Below, piece by piece: positions 11,175 through 21,621 of a DNA stretch of 64,000 bases. Location: NCBI GenBank assembly GCA_964304625.1, contig OZ199838.1, forward strand, positions 2,643,702-2,707,701. The letters are read 5' to 3'. Origin of the DNA: Kudoa neothunni (taxonomy: Eukaryota; Animalia; Cnidaria). The position numbers and the translations under genes are program-made. Position 1 is the stretch's first letter, and each line of letters starts with the position of its first letter. The notes beneath the pieces were generated by a model. The model did not search any database. It was not told where the DNA came from and saw only the letters and a program-made list of their open reading frames with translations.

Positions 11175-13902
11175 ATGGGGTTCAGTTTATGGATAATATT
11201 TTTTAGTATTTTCACCCTAAGCCGAAGTAAAGCAGAGTATCCAGAGATTTTGGTCTATATTTGATTATTAGGTGAAAATCTGAACCAAGTCTCTAAGGTT
11301 GGAATTTTCAGCCATCTTAAAAACCATATAAAATGTCAAATGGAAATTATCGTGGCAGTGGATGACTGCTCATCGATGAGCATTTCTCAAGTGGAAAAAG
11401 AAAAAGATATTGCAAGTCGAATTGCTGCTGTAGTGGGCGAACACAAAACAATCTCAATGAAGCTGATAACCACATCCAAAGACATCAACGAAGACGATAA
11501 CACTGAAAAGGGTGGTTTAAACAATTAAAGAAAAAATACAATCAATAAAACGACATGGTATACCTATTTTTGTCGAATATAGAGTATATTTAAAAGATAA
11601 GTTTTGAGTAAAATAATTACTAGTTAATAAAACTAAATTTCTACTTATTTAATTCAGAAAAATATTATATTTTATAAGAAAATTTAATTTCCTTACCAAT
11701 TATTAATTAAAATTGGCGTATAACGATTATGGACATATTTGTTGAGTCTTACGCGAAATAAATATAGACAAAAGAAGTTGTCTTGAGGACGTTTTTGTGA
11801 CAGCTGAAGAGAAATTCTATTCCGAAAAAAGCTTATTGCATACTTTGCAAGTATGTTTGCAATAACTTACTTTAATCAATGTCAATTTTATTAAGGTACT
11901 TGTTGTGATGTCCAACGGCGAAACATATTGTGGAGGAAAAGATTTGGTAGAAGACGCAGCGTTACAATTACGCAAAAAGGGCATAGTAATTATAATGGTT
12001 GATATGGGCTCGAAGGACAAAGCAGCAACCGGTTTGGCTAAGAAGTTGGCTTCAAATTTCATGCTTTATTTCGAGTCGTCTTCGACAGGACTTCTTGATT
12101 ACATGATATTCGATCTTCATTCCAGATTCTGTAGCAGTAACTTTTGGTTTATGTAAATTTTTAATATTCATTAAATTTGGTCAAAGAATTTGCTATTCGC
12201 CAAAGAGAACATAACAGAAAATTCGGTAACCATGGAGCCTCTCCTAGCGTAGCACGAAAACCTAACCAGTATACTAACGTCTCCAAAGAAACTGACCAAT
12301 TTATCGACCATCTACTCAATTGTAAAATAATTGAAAACTCTCAATTTCTATTTTGATGTAGTCACAGCTTTAGCTCCAGAAAAACATAACAAAGCAAAGG
12401 TTCAGGAGGCTGTCGATGACGAAGACGACGCCGCTGAATCAGGTATATTATTTAGTTAATTGAAAAAAAGCATTCAGCCTCATCATATATCATTAATTAG
12501 ATACTACGGATGATATCAATAAAAGATCAGCGTTGAGTATGTTTAAAATATGGTACATCAGCTGATTCACGTTGAAAAGGTGTTGATACTCTCGCAAAAT
12601 TCTTGAATCCTGCCGCATATGAAGGAGGAAATGGTAAACAATACATGGTTGACGACGCCCACGAAATTGACGCTGAATACCTTGCGGGTCAAACCAACAG
12701 ACTGATAAGTTATGGCATCAAAAAATGTATTTTACATACAATTGAAATTAAAACCCCTAAGGTTTTCAATATTAACGTCATTTTAGTGATCAAATTCATC
12801 CATAAGAAAATAAAAGAACGCCGTATTTTGCATTCGGATATAACATAATAACATTGATTATGACAGATGAACAAAATCTGTTGAAAAAAGAAAACGATTC
12901 AACTAACTCAGAGAATAATGCTGAATCCATGTCTACCGATAATAGCGACGCTTCAAGCGCTGATGCGGCACCCGAAGAACGTTCACTAAGTATATATTTT
13001 AAATTGTAGTTTTAAAATTAATTAATTAATTAATTAATTAATAGTAGGGGGAGGAAATTTATCTAACGATAACAATGTTGATTTGTAATTTTGATTAAAT
13101 GTCACTTATGATTGTGTGAAATAAAGAATTGATCTACTTGAATCAGCCTGGAAAATTAGACGATTCAGCTATCAATTCTGTAGCTACAGAACTACTTAGC
13201 AACTATGAAGGTCCAACTGCTGAGGAAATGGTAAACATTGTTAGTCCCAACAGCAAACTCCTCAAAAACGGTGATCAATCAGCTGATGTTTCCATAAAAA
13301 CATCCGGCGATCTCACACACAGTATCACTTCATATTGATAGCTCATTTATAACAATTATAATTCGATTAGTTTTATATCAAAAAGTCTACACTATGGATG
13401 GTCTAGCAGAAAGCACCTCTCTACCAAGTATAGTTTTACACTTATTGTCACCAGTTGTTCACTAAAACAATTCTAATTGTTTTAAAAGTTTGCCCCAATT
13501 CCGACATTGCTAAATTCCAGTGTACTAACAAGAATGCATTTTTGTTGTTTCCTCTCACCGAAAAGTTATCTCCTCTCAATCTTATGGATAAACAAAAATC
13601 TCTAAATGAAAAATTGTGTCAATGTCACAAATTGACTATTTCTAAAAAATACGAAATATTTGGATTTGACGACGAAGGTATTTGTAGCTCTTAGATTAAT
13701 CGGGAGTCGTTTTGTTAACAATGATAATTATGACAATGTAGGAAGATGTGTTGGTGCAAGTAAAGCTATTACTAACACCCTAATTGAGGAGCACGCAGCC
13801 GACGATTGTCTCGATGTTGACCTAAAACCTTGTGGAAATAAAAAACTATGTATTGGCAATGCCAATTCATTCTATCTTTATTTCACCAAGCCCACCAACT
13901 AG
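11175..13902 (+). CDS. Secreted vWA + acidic low-complexity linker + C-terminal Cys-rich (WSC-like) domain protein, ~13 exons
   Basis: Signal peptide MGFSLWIIFFSIFTLSRS. vWA domain (EIIVAVDDCSS..DKRSCLEDVF..VLVVMSNGETYCGG..LRKKGIVIIMVDMG). Acidic linker with INKR. C-terminal CQCHK..YEIFGFDDEGRCVG..C..C..CIGNANSFYLYF. Introns within the vWA domain match the 2881-3830 paralogue in position. One ambiguous junction near 11512-11558. Confidence 0.72.
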
Positions 13903-16079
13903 AAGGAACATTTTTAAGCAAGTCTTTTAGTCAAAAAGCTTATTTTCTTAGAGTTTAATATTAGATCGTATTCAACTTAGACTCAGTTACTTATTGAGAT
14001 ATTTAGGAATTTCGTTTTTTTCATTACCCGCCCATGGCTTCCAGTTGGTCTACCCTGAGTTTATTTTTACTCTAGATTTAAAAAGATGTGTAGTTTAGAG
14101 TGAGTAGATACTTAATCAGGAGTACACTTTACATGATAATTGCTTGCGTGGGATTCTGTATAATGCGAAATGCGTTCTTACAGGGTGTATTTTTATTATT
14201 TGGAAAAGTTGATTAAAAAATCGTATTTACTTTATTAATTTTAATCTTTATTTTTCCCATATCACTTCCTTTCTGCCGTGTGCGATTAGAGGTCCTGGAG
14301 TTACGGACACCAACTAAAAACAAATACCGAATCACTTTTCAAAGTCAAACTTTTCCACTATCTATTTGGAGATATTAATTCCAAAATTTACAAAAAAGAT
14401 TATGAAATTAAACTCGTTTCTTTTTTCATTCAACTCATGAATAATGTGGACCCACGTTATTCTATTTTATTTATTACTGAACAATAATATTTTATAATAT
14501 TTGAGATAATAACAAAAATTTTTCAAATTTCACCATAACCATAATAAAACCCGACTGTCTCGTGTTTTAACGGTAATCAACGAAAATCCTCTTCATTGTG
14601 ACATTCCCGCATCTTATTTAACTTCATTATTATAATAATTAGAAACTGTCAACAAAAAACACCATTATTGGAAATTCTCTACTTTATTATAATTATTGTA
14701 ACATATAATTCAGTTATAACAAAATTGAGCCTAATCCAAAGAAATGCAAGTTGCAATAAAATAAAATAATTGGGGACTTATTATTCGATGTACCAATATT
14801 TGTATTAAAATCTTAATTAAATGAAATATTTTATTTTATGAAGTCTAAAGAGCTTATTTCTTGCATTATTACAATGCAACATGTTGAAGACCATTTCATT
14901 TATTTGAAGCATCGTAAAACACGTTACTACAATATTTTTAGTTATATAATAAAACTATTTTTTTATTATACTTATTTTTAGTTGATAAATTTTTTTCATA
15001 TATTTTTGAGAATAAACGAAAGATATAATGAGCTATTTACAGAGAGATTTTATTCAATTATTTTTTAAGATAATTTTTTTAAGAATTGCATCCCTCTAAA
15101 TTATTTAATAGTTAAGACAAAAAATCTAGCGACGATAATAAACTAATTTTAAAAATATTAACATACGTAATATGTGAAAATAAAGTTAGAGTAGTTTTTA
15201 TCGGTTTGCTTTGTTTTTAATTGCAATCAATAAAAGTTCCAAATAAATTATGACGTGATCTCAGACGATTGATTTTATACACTTTGTGGATAGTTTTCTC
15301 AATATTAATTCTGATTTTCTCTAATGTATATATTAACAAATATATCAAACTTTATGATAGTTTTAACACAAATCATTCGCTGTAAATGTAAATGACGCAA
15401 AATATATGCTCAAGTCACGTGACTCGCGATCTAGCATACTTTTTCTAATAATCTGTTGATCAAAATTCCACTATTCTCAGAAAAATTAGAAATATAGCGA
15501 CAAGAAAAAGCAAAAACCTAAAACAAGTAGAATTAAAAACAACAAATTATAAAACAATTAGAAAATCCTCCATAAAAAAAACACCATGATGGCTACTGTT
15601 AAACATTATAATATATCAAATATAGCAACTTTAAACGGTAATCTCCAAAAAAAGGATCATTTTCGAATGTTATTAGAACTGGAAATGGATATATATGTTA
15701 CAGAGAATCACAAAATATGACACAATCCAATATAACTGTTTTTCCGTTATATAGTTTTGTTCTCATTAATATTTTATCGACCAAAAATCCTCCACTTTTT
15801 TCTTTTACATTCCCAAAATGGAATATTAATTATTGTGTGCACGCGCAATAAAGTATGTAAAATTTATTACCTTGTGTATAAAATAAGATGGCGATATCGC
15901 ATAATTAAATGTTTATCTTCCTTGTATTATTGAATCTAGTTATTTAAGTCATTTGTTAATAATTTAAGAATAGTCATTTAACCAAAGATCCAAGTAATAT
16001 TAAAAAAAGTAAAATCTAAAAAAATATTAATCAAACTTAAATAACATTAGATTGATTAAAATTGGAACCACTTGAAAAC

Positions 16080-17410
16080 AACCACCTAACAGACTGGCTG
16101 TCTGTCTGCGATGAGGGAAAAAATGAAGACCTAAGTCTTCAAAATTATTAAAATTTTAGAATTGTACGATAAAAAGTTGTTATAATTGTTCGTCTAAAAG
16201 TATAAAATTACAACTATAAGCGGATAATGAGATATTTGCGAAATCTACGAATGGACATTCAATTTTTTGAGTATAATTTCCATTAATACCGCCAAAAATG
16301 CTCAAACCATTGAAAGAAAGCTTTATTTAAACATATACTGCATACAATTATTTTAAAAATCGAAAAGAATTGTATTTTAGATTTATATAGGTATTATAAA
16401 AATGGTGTAACTATGCGAAGACTATGATTGTTTCCATGAGAGAGTAAAGCATATTTACTTGTCATTTAGTAAGTTGAAAAATCAAGACATTTCAACTAAA
16501 TATCATAATTTTTTCCCTCAATTTATGCAGTTCAATTATAGTAAATGGATATGTATATTCAATGTGTTTCGGGTTATAGTTCAGTTACTTTATTCATGTT
16601 TACCCCATGTTTTTTTATTCAGAGTATTCCAAAAAATGTGAACCATTTCTAACTTAAATATAATAAAATTCCTATGGGTAGTTTTAGTAGAAAGTAAGGA
16701 AATTTTAGATAAGTTAATTAAATTGCACGCGCGAATTATATGAAGATGTGTGATTCTAATGATTTCATTGATGAATTTTGTTTATCAGGGAATGAAAATC
16801 ATGTTGTTGAAGAAAATGTCTTCTCATCGATGTTTCTTCCTGAAAAAATTGACCACAGAGACATTTCGTTAAAAACTAGAGATACCGCCATGCCTCCAAT
16901 CATCACCAAATAGAACCCGTTGTAGCAGCATTTTTGTATTCCATGAGAAGTATATGTTGGTGTTTTATGTTCCTAATAGATCAAAATGTGTGATTTTCGT
17001 AAAAAAATCGTTGAACAATTAAACCAAACATTGTTGACAACAAATTCCACAAACAAGAACCTCCTCTTAATGTAAAGCGAGAAACTGTCAAGAATTCTTT
17101 TGATGTTTTTTTTAATATTTCAACTGGCGCGACACGTTTAATTCCGCTGAATTAACGCAATTATTTTATTAATGAACATCAATGTGTACCGACACAAGAC
17201 GGATCGTAAACTAAGTCGGTTATCGCGTGTGGATTACGTCAAAATTTAATATGCATATGCAAGTGGTTCATCCACTTGTAATTAAACATTATTCTATAAT
17301 ATTGATTATTAGATTTTTTAAAGTGTTATAATTCAAAAAAATATTGGGCGAAATTTACCCCAAGGTCCACCATTACACGTTCATCGTTTTAGGGATCAAT
17401 AGAAGGTTAA
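16080..17410 (+). mobile_element. Decayed piggyBac-like element
   Basis: Right end GGGCGAAATTTACCCC...AGAAGG-TTAA (17407-17410); possible relic of a Cys-rich C-terminal segment near 17180-17270. Left boundary is uncertain. Confidence 0.45.
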
Positions 17411-17931
17411 ACTGTACACTGGTACTGAAAAGGTTTGGCTATAGTAAAAGTAGTATAATTCGATTCTTAACCTTATGTAATCGTTAAGTTTACATAAGAT
17501 ACTTTAAAAAATTATGGCAGCGAAATTTTTGCTACAACATTCATTCTTTATTTCTAATTACAAAGTGTACAAAATTTATTGTAGCAAATTTTTTAAAAGT
17601 ATCTCTATTGTGTATGTACATTCAAAGAACAATTATAATCACAGTGTTTTTAAAATGCAAGAAATAACTGGAAAAATAATCGTAATGAGAATTTTATGAA
17701 ACGTTTCAAGAATACTACTCGCAGTCAAGAGGAATCAAGCTAATAAATCATTGCCATAAATAAAATAAGAAATGTTTCATAAACTAAATTTTTATCAAAT
17801 ACTAAAAATATTTTCTTCCATTTTATTACATTTGTGTTTAGAACCACGAATTAATTCAAGGATAAGAATTCATAGACTTTGATCAAATCAGATAAATTTC
17901 TAAGATAATGTTCACAAAATTGCACAATGAT

Positions 17932-18402
17932 TTATTGGGAGTTTGCAGGTAACTCTTCAATAATAGTCAAATCTGGAAGGTGTCTAAAAATACAATCAAT
18001 AAAACCGTACATAAGGAGTGCTAGTAACAACGAATCCAGTTTCAATTCTTTGGAACCATATCCAACGTTGGCAGTATCCATCAATAGGGGAATATTACTA
18101 TCTCGTTTGAGTTGGGGTCTACTCTTGTTGGTAAGGACCTATCGCAGCTAACACTCAGATAAAATACCGCTTTCTTAATAGTATCACTCCACACGTCACC
18201 AAAATGATAGCCATTAACACCACAGAAACAATAATGATAGACAACCACACCCTATCGTCTAAAGAAGACGAAATATTATTTCAAATATCGTGTTGCTGGA
18301 GATGCCGACCAACTATATCATACCAATCCAATAATGTAACCCGACATCCTCTTCAGCAACGCTCGAGTTGTTATTCCCGCTAATAGCCATCAAACTTAGC
18401 AT
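17932..18402 (-). CDS. Small (~100 aa) single-pass membrane protein, unknown family, 4 exons
   Basis: Three in-phase GT-AG introns give MLSLMAISGNNNSSVAEEDVGLHYWIDDRVWLSIIIVSVVLMAIILVTCGVILLRKRPQLKRDSNIPLLMDTANVGYGSKELKLDSHLPDLTIIEELPANSQ*: N-glycosylation sequons, a long TM helix and an RKR stop-transfer. Not present in the ORF track. Confidence 0.7.
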
Positions 18403-18590
18403 TTAAATACTTCCCTATCAACAACGCCAACTAACTACTATCGCAGTCTGATTATCAAGCCCAATCTAGCTTCGTTTGATTAAACATTACGAACCAAAAA
18501 CACAAATGACAAACACACAAATATTCATTCAGTTCAATGATAGATAGATAAATAACAAACAGTTTCGAATGGAATACTATCAAAAATATG

Positions 18591-20963
18591 TTATCCAATC
18601 TTAGCGTTTGAGAAATCCATTTCGGGATGCTGTTCCATGAACCTAAAAAGAATGGTGTTATCAAAGAGATAGATACAACTCAATATCGAAGATTAAAAAA
18701 ACAAAAGTAGTTCTGATCGATACACACCATAACCTCAGCAGTTAGAAATCTAGAACACCACTCAACGTCCATACGCATTGCAACGACAGATCAGTTGAGA
18801 GGTGTCCAATCCCACATATCGGATTATTTCAGTACCCCTGCGTTTATCATCATTTGATTAGGCGAGCACACAATCAATATTATTATCATTAATATTTGAT
18901 ATGGTTATTCACCCGGATAATATTCGCTGTTTCATGTAAACTAACTCACTTTAACGTTTCATAATTAAAAAAATGATTGAATTTATAAACTAACCTACAA
19001 ATTTTTTTTAATTAAAAAAAGTGCGCAACTAGATATTAAATAACGCTTCGACGAAAGTCGATTTGTTTTATTTAATACGAATATTTTAAAAAATAATAAA
19101 AGTATTAATAGAATGCTAATTACCCTGATTAATTCCAAATCCTTATCGATTGAGCATACAAAGTTAATAATACGGTCTTTCCATTCGCGGAATTATTAAA
19201 ATATGTGTGTAATGTTAAAATTTTTAATCAATTCAAATATGTCTATTGACCTCTAAAACCACTCTCTTCCTTACATTTTAACGGTCACATTAATAACTTT
19301 TGGCACGCAATGATGATTAATAAGTTACCAACTCTATTTGATTATTTGATTACTAGCAAAAGTGAATTTATATGGAATCCGTATTAATCGTGCGCGTGCG
19401 CATTTCAAATTGCAATTAAATACATAATGAACGAATACAGCAGCAGCAGCAGCAGCAATTATGTTAATCCGCGGGAATAACCTCTATTATATTGTCGATA
19501 TTATTATTTAACATTAATTATGCAAGTGAGAAGATACGATTTGAGCATGCGTTGTTTGTCCAGTTCTTCCGACGTAGGTAAACCCATCTGTGCAGTCCAA
19601 ATGAGATAATTAAAGTCGATCACGTGATTACCTCCTTTTGTCGTTGGTCGAACATCATTTTTTCAACCATGGTTCTAGTTTCGCCGTCAAGATCAGACAA
19701 CTAATATAATAATAATAATAACAACAATAATTATTATTATTATTATCATCACTAGGGAGAGTAATTATAATGTGATTGTTACCTTGGAATTAGGAGGTAC
19801 AATTTTCTTAACATTTATTTCAGGATCGGTCGTTACCAATTTTGGCCACCAACCTGTGGCATCAATCTACAGCACAGTTGTTTAAAAAATTGCATTTCGA
19901 GACAACGCTAACCTTTTCCATGTCTATTCGAATAAGACGACCATTGTCCTCTATTGTCCATACGGATTCATCCGCTAATACCTAAACAATTGGGAATCAA
20001 TACGTGAACACTAAAAAATTAGTACTTCGCTATACAATTCGCCATCAATTAGTGGTTGAGTATTGTTTTTAATTTTAACAGTAATCCTCTACAACACATA
20101 ATTTCAATGGAATTTTATCAAATCCTTTCTGTAAATCACACACATACCTTTCTTTTGATAACAATATCAACCATTTTTCTGGTTACACAGCTGTCCATTG
20201 GCACAAAAATCTTTAATAATTTTATAACGTGCTCACTAGTTGATAAATACCTCGACCTCTTTGAGTGTTTGACCCCATGAGTATTTCTCAAAAGTGCACC
20301 CATTTGATTCGTTTGGAAGCAACTTCCCAGCCTCCTCGCTGTCCTCTTTCGATTTCTACAACGACAATTAATCCGCGTGGTTCCATAACATTGTAACACG
20401 TGTGATCCAATTCATAAAAAACAAAAGTTAACAATTATTTGAAGTTGTATAAATCAAATAATTCACAACTAACAAATAACAATGCGGAAATCATATAAAG
20501 TTTTAAATACGAAGGTTTACGATTTTGACTGAAAACATAATTAGACAACATATCAATTGGAAAAAGTACCGACAATTTTGGCGGGTCTGCTTTCGCGGTT
20601 GAATTCTCCACATCATCTATCTCCACAATATCCGGTTCGGGTTGAATCGATTTGGTTGGCGGAAACGTGCGCTTTTTGTTCTCCAACGCGATTCTTTGAA
20701 CATCCTGAAAAGCGCTTAACACAATCTACAATTCCTTTTAGAGATAAAATAGTTGACCATTTGAATCACACCTTCTCAGCTACCGATGGATCGGGATTAC
20801 CGACAAAGAAATCAGTTTTTCGCCTGAAAAATTGGAACACTTCTTTGATCAGCTTTATCGACTATTGATATTTAATGACTTATTTAAAAATCACTTGCTG
20901 TGGACCACCCTCCATTTGCTGTGCAACGGAGAGAAAGATTGCATCAAACCTACCTTCTTCCAT
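18591..20963 (-). CDS. NUDC: Nuclear migration protein NudC (p23/CS co-chaperone)
   Basis: [116 protein letters not shown]. Ten in-phase GT-AG introns. Confidence 0.96.
19438..19456. repeat. (CAG)6 microsatellite in last NudC intron
   Basis: Direct reading. Confidence 0.85.
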
Positions 20964-21182
20964 TTTTACCAACGCACGTGACGCGTTACCATAAGGATTA
21001 TGGTCCTGCTCGTGAGTGATCGCCCTCAGTTATTAAAAAATACCTGGTGTGTGTGCTCTAAATAAAATTTATACATTATGCTAATTTTCACAATGATGAC
21101 TGTTTATAAATCTTCGCGCTTGCGTAATAATAAGAAATTCAAAGTTGTAGGCGTCGGCTTTATTTTGTCAATGTTTCAACTG

Positions 21183-21260
21183 GCTATAGTGATCAATTTA
21201 ACAATAATTTCTCCGTCAATTAGCTATAGCGATCAATTTAACAATATTTTCTCCGTCAAT
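21183..21260. repeat. 40-bp-period tandem duplication (2 copies) in the divergent NudC/GSS intergenic region
   Basis: GCTATAGTGATCAATTTAACAATAATTTCTCCGTCAAT (21183-21220) versus GCTATAGCGATCAATTTAACAATATTTTCTCCGTCAAT (21223-21260); 2 mismatches. Confidence 0.9.
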
Positions 21261-21364
21261 GAGTTTATTTAGGTGGAGCTAATTTTGTTGGAAATTCACA
21301 TGTTACCTCCATGGATTTTTGCATGAATCGATTTATAAAATTTTCTCTTGCGTATTTGCGTATA

Positions 21365-21621
21365 ATGGTTGAAAAGGAAATTATTAGAAAAATATTCAGA
21401 GGTTAAGTGGGTGTTGGATTAGCTATTGAGCCATTCGACTACTATAGGAGATCACTTAACACTTTAATAATCATGCTAGGTTAACCATTAGATGAAAAGC
21501 GCTGAGACTTTTATTGCAAAATTTTAGATTCGGTGTGATTGCTTCAATCACATTATTTGTTTTTGGAACAAATCTCCGATACAACATACAACGCATAGCA
21601 GAGCGACGTTCTCCGCAATGA
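21365..21621 (+). pseudogene. Spliced upstream small ORF, putative DAPIT/ATP5MK-like, interrupted by a +1 frameshift
   Basis: Candidate introns 21402-21447 (46 nt) and 21480-21527 (48 nt). Removing one nt at CTT-TAA (~21464) gives MVEKEIIRKIFRGDHLTLNNHARFGVIASITLFVFGTNLRYNIQRIAERRSPQ* with one hydrophobic segment. Family assignment is by eye only. Confidence 0.3.

Noticed and set aside
13678-13741. Apparent +1 frameshift between the two overlapping Cys-rich ORFs (TCT-TAG)
   Set aside because: A 64-nt GT-AG intron joins GAA G|GA AGA TGT in frame (FDDEGRCVG); no recoding is needed.
14060-14220. Faint U1/U2 snRNA-like words (ATACTTAATCAGG, GTGTAGT)
   Set aside because: The conserved ACTTACCTG and GTGTAGTATC boxes and the expected stems are absent.
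15412-15433. AGTCACGTGACT palindrome followed by CTAG (Helitron-like 3' end)
   Set aside because: Not followed by T and no supporting 5' end or coding relic; too short to call.
21183-21260. 38-bp direct repeat as a CRISPR-like array
   Set aside because: Only two copies separated by 2 nt, no spacers, no cas genes, and a eukaryotic context.
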